A stretch of 55,159 bases of DNA, taken from positions 1 through 55,159 of the forward strand of contig DYKA01000001.1 of NCBI GenBank assembly GCA_020722805.1, read 5' to 3'. A model generated the notes under the pieces. The model was not told the DNA's origin. It made no database searches and was given only the letters and a program-made list of their open reading frames with translations. Within the stretch, counting starts at the first letter, position 1. Every line of letters begins with the position of its first letter. The translations under genes and the position numbers were made by a program. This document shows, in pieces, positions 28,120 through 36,459 of the stretch. Origin of the DNA: Vermiphilus sp. Lineage in GTDB: Bacteria; Ratteibacteria; UBA8468; B48-G9; DTJG01.

Positions 28120-28130
28120 ATGATAATCCT

Positions 28131-28802
28131 ATGAAAATTTCAGTGCTGATACCGGTTTATAATGAAAAAGACACAATAGTTGAAGTTCTGGAGAGGGTTT
28201 CATCCCTGCCGCTGGACAAAGAAATTATCGTTATTGATGATGGCTCAACCGACAATACCCGTCAGATTCTCAAAGAAATCTCTTCAAAAAACAAAAACAT
28301 ATGTGTTATATTGCAACCAGAAAACAGAGGAAAAGGTTGCGCAGTGAGGACAGGAATAGAGTTTGCTACAGGCGATTATGTTGTAATTCAGGATGCTGAT
28401 CTTGAACTGAATGTATCTGATATAACAAAACTCGTTGAGGCAGTAGATGAGAGACACGAAGTAATCTATGGCTCAAGATTCCTAACAAGGAATGAGTTTC
28501 CTTTTATGAACTATCTTGCAAACAGGTTTCTGACGCATCTGACAAATGTTTTCTATAGAGCCACTCTAACGGATATGGAAACCTGCTATAAACTGTGTTC
28601 GCGAAAGATTTTACTGGAATTACAATTGAAGTCCAGGGGATTTGAAATAGAGCCTGAGATAACCTGTAAAATCCTGAAGCGCGGTTACAAAATTAAAGAA
28701 ATTCCTGTTTCCTATAATCCGAGAAAAAAAGGCAAGAAGATAGGATGGAAGGATGGTTTCAGGGCAATATTTACAATCATGAGGTACAGGCTAAATGCAT
28801 AA
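28131..28802 (+). CDS. Family 2 glycosyltransferase, small soluble Dpm1/ArnC-like type (GT2 no. 1)
   Basis: ISVLIPVYNEKDTI, IIVIDDGSTDNT, ENRGKG and VVIQDADLE (DxD) motifs. At 223 aa it has no C-terminal TM hairpin. Paralog of the 34919 gene. Confidence 0.85.
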   Translation: MKISVLIPVYNEKDTIVEVLERVSSLPLDKEIIVIDDGSTDNTRQILKEISSKNKNICVILQPENRGKGCAVRTGIEFATGDYVVIQDADLELNVSDITKLVEAVDERHEVIYGSRFLTRNEFPFMNYLANRFLTHLTNVFYRATLTDMETCYKLCSRKILLELQLKSRGFEIEPEITCKILKRGYKIKEIPVSYNPRKKGKKIGWKDGFRAIFTIMRYRLNA

Positions 28803-30516
28803 GAAAAGGATACTTTACCTGTTATTTCTCGTAGTTATTACTGGTTTTTTTCATTTTGCAGGGATAAACTGGGGTATCCCTGAAAAAGGTCGCATCATCC
28901 TGGTATTCGGTGATAGGAGTACGATTGAAGGTCTTTCTGATTTAATGCGTGATACTCATACAGAAATACGAGAGATGCTGGCATTTTACGGGGCACCTTA
29001 TTGGTATGATTATAATCCGATGAAAAAAATTGAAGTCAAAATTGACGGCAAAAGGTTGCTGGTCTCAAGGGAAATCATAAATTCAATGAGAAGTTATCTT
29101 ATCAGGTCCTATGGGGCAGATGAACAGGCGGTTCTTGTAAGTTTAAGCAGGATGAATCCTTCAAGACTTGATTTTAATCCGCACTTTTTTGAATACGGTG
29201 GTGCATATCTTTATCCTGTTGGGGGTTTTCTGAAACTCTGTTCTTCCCTTGGAATTGCTGAAGTGCAGAAGGACATTACCTATTACTTTATGAATCCTGA
29301 TAAAATCGGCCGTCTTTATACAGTTTCAAGATGTTTGGGTGGACTTTTTTTTCTTTTTTCTGTTGTGGTTTTCTATTTCCTTTCTTTTTATATCTTGAGA
29401 GATGAAAACATCTCTTTTCTGATGGCTGTATTATTCGCAACTGCTCCTGTTTTCGTCATATGGTCTCATTATCTTAAACCCTATTGCTACGGCATACTGT
29501 GGGTTATCAGTGCCATTTATTTTGCTCTCAGATTTATGGATGAGAAAAAATCAAAGTGGCTGATTCTTGCTTCTTTATTTTCCGGGTTATCAATGGGTAG
29601 CATCCTTTCCTATGGATATGTTTTTCTAACTCTTATTTTCGTGGTTTTTTATATTTCACCAGATTTCAGAAATTTGCTCAAAAATATATCAATATCACTT
29701 TTTTGTTTTTTCTTTTCCTATCTCGTGACCAATCCATATGTTTTAATTTCCTTCAGGGAATTTATCAATGAAATCTCATACATTCAATCATACTGGAAAG
29801 GTTCTTTTAGTTTTGGTAATCTTGGATATTTTGCAATGACATCTCTCAGATATGGGCTTGGCACAGGAATCTGGCTTATTTTCTTGATTTCTCTTTTCAC
29901 TTGTTTCTTGTTGAAACCAGATAGAAAATTTATGTTGATTTTTTTGAGTATTCTATTAGGGTTTGTTTATTTTGGTCCTTCAACAGGAAGATGGGTCCAC
30001 TATGCATTCGTAATTTATCCCTATATTTTTCTTATTATAATTTTAGGTATGCTGAGATTAAGAAAACAATTTTCAAAAATACTGGTCTGCGCTGGAATAC
30101 TGTGGACATTTATCCTTTCGTTGTCGTATGTGAGTTTATTTTGCAGCGAGAATATAAGGACATACGTCGGAGCATGGATTAATAGTAATATTCCAGATGG
30201 TTCAAAAATCGGGCTCTTTGAAGCACCTTCTCCATGGAGAACGCCACCATTTCAATTTTTGAAATATAATATAATGATTGGTGCAGCAGAAGAAATAGTC
30301 AGGAATTCAGAGTATTTTGTCGTAAGTGAATATCAGTGGGTGAGGGGTGGCTCGCTTGAGGATATTAAGAAACTTCTATCTGATTATGAAATTGTCAGAG
30401 AGTTCAGAAAGGAACCAGGATTTTTGGGACTGGCATTCAGGCATCCTGAATCTATACCCTATGACTGGTGCCATCCAAATCCAGTTATGTTGATATGGAA
30501 AAGAAAAAGTTCTTAA
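28795..30516 (+). CDS. GT-C-like polytopic membrane glycosyltransferase, type A (573 aa)
   Basis: More than 10 hydrophobic segments. The long first loop carries DEQ-x14-DFNPHFFEY, followed by a soluble C-terminal domain. Paralog of the 42259 gene. Overlaps the upstream GT2 by 8 nt. Confidence 0.6.
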   Translation: MHKKRILYLLFLVVITGFFHFAGINWGIPEKGRIILVFGDRSTIEGLSDLMRDTHTEIREMLAFYGAPYWYDYNPMKKIEVKIDGKRLLVSREIINSMRSYLIRSYGADEQAVLVSLSRMNPSRLDFNPHFFEYGGAYLYPVGGFLKLCSSLGIAEVQKDITYYFMNPDKIGRLYTVSRCLGGLFFLFSVVVFYFLSFYILRDENISFLMAVLFATAPVFVIWSHYLKPYCYGILWVISAIYFALRFMDEKKSKWLILASLFSGLSMGSILSYGYVFLTLIFVVFYISPDFRNLLKNISISLFCFFFSYLVTNPYVLISFREFINEISYIQSYWKGSFSFGNLGYFAMTSLRYGLGTGIWLIFLISLFTCFLLKPDRKFMLIFLSILLGFVYFGPSTGRWVHYAFVIYPYIFLIIILGMLRLRKQFSKILVCAGILWTFILSLSYVSLFCSENIRTYVGAWINSNIPDGSKIGLFEAPSPWRTPPFQFLKYNIMIGAAEEIVRNSEYFVVSEYQWVRGGSLEDIKKLLSDYEIVREFRKEPGFLGLAFRHPESIPYDWCHPNPVMLIWKRKSS

Positions 30517-31709
30517 TCTATCTGACTGGGATTTTTCTCCTTGCATTGTTTCTGAGGATTGCTTTCATATCCACTCTTGATAATACTGTGGATGTCTGGG
30601 ACGACTGGTGGGATGAACTCGGCTGGAAATTAGCATCTGGTCAGGGCTACTGGGTGAACAATCCTTATTTCCCTGATGGTCCCGCTTATTTTTCATGGAG
30701 GGCGCCTGTGTTTCCGATATTTCTTGCACTGGTTTACAAAATATTCGGCCATAGTTATCTTGCAGCGAAAATCTGTCTGGCTATTGTTAGTTCTTTTACA
30801 TGTTTGCTGATTTATTTTATTTCAAAACTTTTTATGTCAGAAAAGCATTCTATTTTCGCTGCCTTGCTTTATGCAATATACCCTGCTTCAATCTTCTGGA
30901 CAGGGTATCTCGCTCCAGAAACACTTACAGCTTTTCTTCTTCTTCTTTTCGTTTATATTGTTTTTATTTCCTTTGATAGAAAGATTGGTTTTTCCCTTTT
31001 CGCAGGAATTATTTTTGGGGTAGCGGTTTTGTGCAGGTCAGCAATTCTTGTTCTTTTCCCTTTGGTACCCGTGGCCTATTTTCTGCTTCTGGATAAGAAC
31101 GTACTCAAGAAGTCCATTGTTTTTTTACTTGGCTTGATGGTAATCGTACCGTGGGTTGTGCGAAACTGGATTATTCATAATGCTTTTGTACTTATTTCAA
31201 CAGAGGGTGGGGTTGTCTTTTATATAGCCAACAATGAGTTTTCTCTATCTCAGGCATCAGGTTTTTATCATGCTGAGAACATTGAGGAATTCAAAGGTCT
31301 TTCTGAGGTTGAGACAGACAAAAAGTTTTACAGTATGGCTCTTGATTTCATAAGAAAACATCCTTTCACATATATCAGGTTGGTTGCAGACAGGTGTATT
31401 CGTTTCTGGCGTTTTTTCCCGCACACGATATCAGGGCCGGGTGAAAACTACAATATCAAACACCAGTTGATTGGTTTATTTTCTGAAACTCCTTTGATAA
31501 TCTTTGGTTTCTGTGGGATGCTGCTGACCGCAAGAAGATGGAGATACTTCTTCATTTTTTATGGCATTGTGATTGTCTATTCAGGGGTTTTGATATTAAT
31601 AAGAACAGCAATAAGATACAGATTTCCCTTGATGGGTATCCTTCTTATATTTTCAGTGTACTTTATAACAGAATTATTAAAGAGAAAGCGATTTTCCGAT
31701 GAACGCTGA
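30495..31709 (+). CDS. GT-C membrane glycosyltransferase, ArnT/PMT_2 (COG1807)-like, type B
   Basis: The first loop has WDDWWDELGW..ASGQGY. Also RAPVFPIFLA, IYPASIFWTGYLAPETL, PWVVRNW and IRYRFP motifs. Paralog of the 33744 gene. Start set at ATG 30495. Confidence 0.65.
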   Translation: MEKKKFLIYLTGIFLLALFLRIAFISTLDNTVDVWDDWWDELGWKLASGQGYWVNNPYFPDGPAYFSWRAPVFPIFLALVYKIFGHSYLAAKICLAIVSSFTCLLIYFISKLFMSEKHSIFAALLYAIYPASIFWTGYLAPETLTAFLLLLFVYIVFISFDRKIGFSLFAGIIFGVAVLCRSAILVLFPLVPVAYFLLLDKNVLKKSIVFLLGLMVIVPWVVRNWIIHNAFVLISTEGGVVFYIANNEFSLSQASGFYHAENIEEFKGLSEVETDKKFYSMALDFIRKHPFTYIRLVADRCIRFWRFFPHTISGPGENYNIKHQLIGLFSETPLIIFGFCGMLLTARRWRYFFIFYGIVIVYSGVLILIRTAIRYRFPLMGILLIFSVYFITELLKRKRFSDER

Positions 31710-32391
31710 TTTTGACCGAGTGGCAGATTTTTATGATGAAATCTTTTCAAGACATATCGTTGAATATTACCTCAAAAAAAGGGTCCTGTTTATCAAAAAA
31801 TATTTCGCTCATAAGAGAAAAATTATTGATATCGGCTGTGGAACCGGTGTTTTGATGGAGCGGCTTGTTGTGCATGGTTTTGATGTTTATGGGATAGACA
31901 GGTCAGAAAAAATGGTTGAAAAAGCATCTCAACGGCTGAATGAAGACGGAAAGGTTTTTGTGGCAGATGCCAGAGATTTACCTTTTCCTGATGATACCTT
32001 TGACGGAGCAATATGCATTGCGAGTTTACATCATATTGAACACGATTTTCAGGATGTTTTTCGCGAGGCATCAAGGATCTTGAAGCCAGGGGGCTATTTT
32101 CTGGTCTGGGACCACAATCCACTTAATCCATACTGGAAGATTATCATGCGAAAGGTTCCTCAGGATACAGGAAGAGAACATCTTTTTCTGTGCGCAGAGA
32201 TAGTCAGGCAGATGGAACTTAATAGTTTCAGGATTATCGTTGCCCGTAAGACAGGATTTGTTCCTGATTTTATCCCCTCATGGTTGCTTGGTTTATTTTC
32301 TGGTGTGGAAAAGGGGCTTGAAATGATTCCTGTCTTAAATTTATTTATGGCGCATAATGTTGTATTAGGAGAGAAAAATGTGGAGGAATAA
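31699..32391 (+). CDS. Class I SAM-dependent methyltransferase
   Basis: Motif I IIDIGCGTGVL, acidic loop YGIDRS, and post-I/II DARDLPFPDDTFD and LKPGG. Confidence 0.8.
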   Translation: MNADFDRVADFYDEIFSRHIVEYYLKKRVLFIKKYFAHKRKIIDIGCGTGVLMERLVVHGFDVYGIDRSEKMVEKASQRLNEDGKVFVADARDLPFPDDTFDGAICIASLHHIEHDFQDVFREASRILKPGGYFLVWDHNPLNPYWKIIMRKVPQDTGREHLFLCAEIVRQMELNSFRIIVARKTGFVPDFIPSWLLGLFSGVEKGLEMIPVLNLFMAHNVVLGEKNVEE

Positions 32392-33097
32392 AAAGATCAG
32401 TGTGATTTTTCCCACCTACAACGAAAAGGATTCAATCAGGACTGCGATTGAAGACTTTTTTGCGTCTGGTTTTGTTGATGAAATTATTGTCGTTAACAAT
32501 AATGCTGCAGAAGGTACTGATGAAGAGGTGAAGAAAACAAAGGCACGCCTTGTTTATGAAAAAAGACAGGGTTATGGATATGCTATATGGAAGGGGCTTG
32601 AAGAAGCCACAGGAGATTACCTTATTATTTCAGAACCAGATGGGACTTTTTCTGGGAGGGATGTTATTAAACTGCTTGCTTATTCAGATGATTTTGAATA
32701 CGTACTGGGAACAAGGACAACAAGAGAGTTGATATGGGAAGGCGCTAACATGGGCATTTTCCTGAAATGGGGAAACTGGGCTACAGCAAAGCTACTTGAA
32801 TTTTTATATAACACAACAACACTTACTGATGTTGGCTGTACAATGAGGTTGATAAAGAGGAATCTATATGAAAGGATAAGGCCGCATTTTACCATAGGAA
32901 CCCAGCATTTTGGTCCTGAATTAACGTTGCTTGTGGCAAAGTCTGGGGTGCGGTTTATTGAAATTCCTGTAAACTATAAGCCGAGGATAGGAAAATCTTC
33001 TGTAACAGGCAGTTTCAGGAAATCGTTTATCCTTGGCATGAAAATGATATTTCTCATTCTCAGGTATAGACTCAAAAGGATAAAGGCACTGAAATGA
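32378..33097 (+). CDS. Family 2 glycosyltransferase, Dpm1-like with variant motifs (GT2 no. 2)
   Basis: ISVIFPTYNEKDSI. VVNNNAAEGTD stands in place of DDGSTD, and SEPDGTF (32633-32641 = EPD) in place of DxD. First gene of a GT2-CE4-GT-C triad. Confidence 0.75.
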   Translation: MWRNKKISVIFPTYNEKDSIRTAIEDFFASGFVDEIIVVNNNAAEGTDEEVKKTKARLVYEKRQGYGYAIWKGLEEATGDYLIISEPDGTFSGRDVIKLLAYSDDFEYVLGTRTTRELIWEGANMGIFLKWGNWATAKLLEFLYNTTTLTDVGCTMRLIKRNLYERIRPHFTIGTQHFGPELTLLVAKSGVRFIEIPVNYKPRIGKSSVTGSFRKSFILGMKMIFLILRYRLKRIKALK

Positions 33098-33771
33098 TTC
33101 TTGCCTATCATAGAATAAATTCCTGGTATGTTAATGATGCGTTGAGCGTTTCAGCAGAAATGTTTGAGTTCCAGATAAGATTCCTGTTGAGAAAAGGATA
33201 CGAACCTGTTTCCCTGCGCCAGTATGTCAGAGAGAAAGATTCAGGAAAGGTTTTCTGTATTACATTTGACGATGGTTTTGCGGATAATTTTCTTGTAGCG
33301 TTTCCGATTATGAAAAAGTACGGAATAAAACCGACGATATTTCTCATTGCCCACAGTATTGGAACAGAAAAGATTCATGAAAAATACAAAGACAGGGAAA
33401 AAGACAGATATCTCAAATGGAAGGAGGTTCAGGATATGCTGAAAGCAGGCGTTGACTTTGGTTCACATACGCTTACCCATCCGAAATTAACTGAACTTTC
33501 AAGGAAGGATGCGTGGAACGAGATATTCGGGTCAAAAAAATTTATTGAAAAAAACATAGGTCAGAGAATTGATTTTTTCTGTTATCCATATGGAATTCAG
33601 AACGAAAAAGTCAGGGAGGCCGTCAAAAATGCGGGCTATCTTGGAGCAGTCATCACAAACTGGAAAGGCAAGCATGATTTATATTCGCTTCCGAGAATCG
33701 GTGTTTACGGACACAATTCCCTTTTTGCTTTCAGGGTAAAACTATGGCGGGCAAATCTTTTTTCAAGGTAA
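33094..33771 (+). CDS. Polysaccharide deacetylase (CE4 / NodB homology), no signal peptide
   Basis: TFDDGFADN (motif 1), HTLTHP (motif 2) and CYPYG (motif 3). The N-terminus MILAYHRI has no hydrophobic leader. Confidence 0.82.
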   Translation: MILAYHRINSWYVNDALSVSAEMFEFQIRFLLRKGYEPVSLRQYVREKDSGKVFCITFDDGFADNFLVAFPIMKKYGIKPTIFLIAHSIGTEKIHEKYKDREKDRYLKWKEVQDMLKAGVDFGSHTLTHPKLTELSRKDAWNEIFGSKKFIEKNIGQRIDFFCYPYGIQNEKVREAVKNAGYLGAVITNWKGKHDLYSLPRIGVYGHNSLFAFRVKLWRANLFSR

Positions 33772-34922
33772 TTTTTATTCTATTTCTCACAGGGTTTTTA
33801 ATCAGGATTGGATTTCTTTTTTCGCTTGGCCCGCATTTTTATTTTGATGATGAGTATGAATACTGGAAAATGGTGAGTAATTTTATTTCCGGTAAGGGAT
33901 TGATAGTATCAGAAACATTAAAAGCGTACAGACCTCCCGCCTATCCTCTGTTTATTGCAATCCTTGTTAGGCTGGGCATCCGGATAACAGGTATAAGAGT
34001 CATCCAGGCCGCTATTTCTTCAGCAACATCTATTCTTATCTACCTTCTTGGAAGAAAAATATTCAGTGAAAAGGTATCGTTTCTTGCAGCGATTGTCTGG
34101 TGTATTTATCCCTTCTCAATTTTTTATTCAGGGTTTCTTTTAACTGAGACGCTTTTTGTATTTCTTGTTGTGATATCTATTTTTTCATTCCTCAAGATTT
34201 TTGAATCCGGAATTCCACCCAGGTACGGGATTGTGCCTGGTTTTATGACAGGGCTTGCCGGTTTATGCAGACCAACAATGGAGCTTTTTTTCCCTTTTGC
34301 ACTTGTTCCTGTTTTTTTTACCGCAGGTTCATACAGAGTAAGATTGCTGAAAGTTCTCTTTATTGCAGCGGGTTTTGTTCTGGCTCTTTCCCCGTGGATT
34401 ATAAGAAATTTTGTTGTTTTCGGCAGGTTTATACCTGGAACAACCATGGGAGGCGCTGTCTTCTGGGAAGGGAACAATCCGTATTCAGATGGCGGACCGT
34501 GTAGGTATTTTCCAGAAGGTTTGTGGCAGGTTGAAGAGACAAGAAGAGACGGCATTTTTTATAAACTTACAATTGACTGCATAAAACAGGATCCTGAAAG
34601 ATTCATCCATCTGATGGTATGGAAATTTTTCAGATTCTGGAATGTTGTGCCAAACGCATCTGAATATAGCGGCTTTCTTTACCGTCTTATCAGCGTACTG
34701 AGTTTTGGAATGTTGCTTCCGTTTTTTGTGATGGGGCTATTTACTCCGCCCCTGAATCAAAAGAAACTGTTTCTGATGAGCATAATTGTTTTCTTTACGA
34801 TTTTCCATATGGTTTTTCTTGCTTCAATAAGATACAGATTTGCAATTGAACCACTTATTATCCTGTTTTCGTGTCAGGGGCTTTTCTGGCTTTATGAACG
34901 TATAAGGGGAATAAATCAATGA
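33744..34922 (+). CDS. GT-C membrane glycosyltransferase, ArnT/PMT_2-like, type B
   Basis: The first loop has FDDEYEYW..VSNFISGKG (DE..Y motif). Also RPPAYPLFIA, IYPFSIFYSGFLLTETL, PWIIRNF and IRYRFA motifs. 392 aa. Confidence 0.68.
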   Translation: MAGKSFFKVIFILFLTGFLIRIGFLFSLGPHFYFDDEYEYWKMVSNFISGKGLIVSETLKAYRPPAYPLFIAILVRLGIRITGIRVIQAAISSATSILIYLLGRKIFSEKVSFLAAIVWCIYPFSIFYSGFLLTETLFVFLVVISIFSFLKIFESGIPPRYGIVPGFMTGLAGLCRPTMELFFPFALVPVFFTAGSYRVRLLKVLFIAAGFVLALSPWIIRNFVVFGRFIPGTTMGGAVFWEGNNPYSDGGPCRYFPEGLWQVEETRRDGIFYKLTIDCIKQDPERFIHLMVWKFFRFWNVVPNASEYSGFLYRLISVLSFGMLLPFFVMGLFTPPLNQKKLFLMSIIVFFTIFHMVFLASIRYRFAIEPLIILFSCQGLFWLYERIRGINQ

Positions 34923-35599
34923 AAGTTTCTGTGATTATCCCTGTTTATAATGAGAAAAATACCATTGAAAAAGTTATTGAAAAGGTTAATGCTGTACCCA
35001 TTGATAAGGAAATTATTATTGTTGATGATGGCAGCACAGATGGAACAAGACAGATTCTTGAGAGAATTCTTGAACAAAAAGATCCCCGGATAAAGGTTAT
35101 TTTTCAACCGGAGAACATGGGCAAGGGATCTGCTATCAGAAGGGCAATCAACGAAATCACAGGAGATGTTGTTGTGATACAGGATGCGGATCTTGAATAT
35201 GAACCAATGGATTATCTTCGGTTGATAGACCCAATAAGGCAGGGTAAGTCCGATGTTGTTTATGGTTCAAGGGTACTGGGAAAAAATCCAGTATCTTCTT
35301 TTTCTTTCTATATTGGCGGAAGGTTTCTTTCTTTTCTTACCAATCTTCTTTACAGAACATCAATCACCGATGAGCCCACCTGTTATAAAATGTTTAGGGC
35401 TGATGTTCTCAGAAGTATAAAACTCAGATGCAGGGGATTTGAATTCTGTCCGGAAATAACTGCGAAGATTGCAAAAAGAAAAATCAGGATATATGAGGTT
35501 CCAATTGCGTACATACCACGTAGTATAAAAGAAGGGAAAAAAATCAGATGGAAGGATGGGCTGGTTGCGATATGGACACTGATAAGATACAGATTTTAG
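34919..35599 (+). CDS. Family 2 glycosyltransferase, small soluble Dpm1/ArnC-like type (GT2 no. 3)
   Basis: VSVIIPVYNEKNTI, IIIVDDGSTDGT, ENMGKG and VVIQDADLE motifs. Over the first ~90 residues more than half the positions match GT2 no. 1 by eye. Confidence 0.85.
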   Translation: MKVSVIIPVYNEKNTIEKVIEKVNAVPIDKEIIIVDDGSTDGTRQILERILEQKDPRIKVIFQPENMGKGSAIRRAINEITGDVVVIQDADLEYEPMDYLRLIDPIRQGKSDVVYGSRVLGKNPVSSFSFYIGGRFLSFLTNLLYRTSITDEPTCYKMFRADVLRSIKLRCRGFEFCPEITAKIAKRKIRIYEVPIAYIPRSIKEGKKIRWKDGLVAIWTLIRYRF

Positions 35600-36399
35600 A
35601 CTGCCCGATATGTGGCTATTATTCTGGCAGAATATGGAGTGAGACAATCTATCATGCATTCAGATGCAAAAAATGCGGGGTCATTTTTTGTGGACACAAA
35701 GCCAGCCGATTCCTGTACGATGAGGATTATTTCTGCCGCTGGTATATCAAACCATTTCAAAAGAGAAAAAGGTATCTAAAAAAAATTTTGAGAAAGATTG
35801 AAAAATTCGTTGAACTGCCGGAGGGTAATTACCTTGATGTTGGTTGTGGGGCAGGCATATTTCTTGACATTGCGAAGGAAAATCGCTGGCAGGCGACAGG
35901 GATGGATATTTCGACTGCTGCCGTAGATTACTGCAGAAAGAAAAATCTCAATGTTATTCCGGGAGATCTTGCTGAATCCGGGTTTCAATCAGAACAGTTT
36001 GATGTTGTTAGTCTTTTTGATGTTATTGCCCATCTTGAAAATCCAGTAAATTATTTGAGAGAGATAAGAAGAATCATAAAATCCAGCGGGGTTTTGATAA
36101 TCAAGACACCCAGACATCCACCGAGGCTTTTTCATATTGCTTGCTTCTTGAGATTTACAAGAAAATCAAGGGTAATTCTTCACATACCTGCGCAGATATT
36201 TCATTTCAATGAGTGTTCATTGAGAAAAATCTGTTCCTTGAGCGGGTTTGACACTGTCAGTGTTTTTCGCACCAATGACCTGCCCTGCTTTTTCCTGAAA
36301 CATGGTCCGGTTGATATGGTACTGACTTTTCTGTACTTATTTCTTAAGATATTCTGTGGAGACGATTCAGTGGTTGCAATATGTCGAAAAAAATTATGA
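35572..36399 (+). CDS. SAM-dependent methyltransferase with N-terminal Cys4 zinc ribbon
   Basis: CPICGY...CKKCG in the first 40 aa, then motif I YLDVGCGAGIFL, acidic GMDIS, and DVVSLFDVIAHLENP. Start set at ATG 35572. Confidence 0.78.
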   Translation: MDTDKIQILDCPICGYYSGRIWSETIYHAFRCKKCGVIFCGHKASRFLYDEDYFCRWYIKPFQKRKRYLKKILRKIEKFVELPEGNYLDVGCGAGIFLDIAKENRWQATGMDISTAAVDYCRKKNLNVIPGDLAESGFQSEQFDVVSLFDVIAHLENPVNYLREIRRIIKSSGVLIIKTPRHPPRLFHIACFLRFTRKSRVILHIPAQIFHFNECSLRKICSLSGFDTVSVFRTNDLPCFFLKHGPVDMVLTFLYLFLKIFCGDDSVVAICRKKL

Positions 36400-36441
36400 A
36401 CTTCCTAACTTATGAATTTTGCTCAGGATACAGGGTATTGA

Positions 36442-36450
36442 TGTTATAAT
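36442..36450 (+). promoter_or_regulatory. Extended -10 element TGTTATAAT, 9 nt upstream of the ATG at 36460
   Basis: It sits in the only intergenic gap inside the island (60 nt). An AAGGA lies between the -10 and the ATG, so a short conventional leader is also possible. Confidence 0.35.
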
Positions 36451-36459
36451 ATAAAGGAA

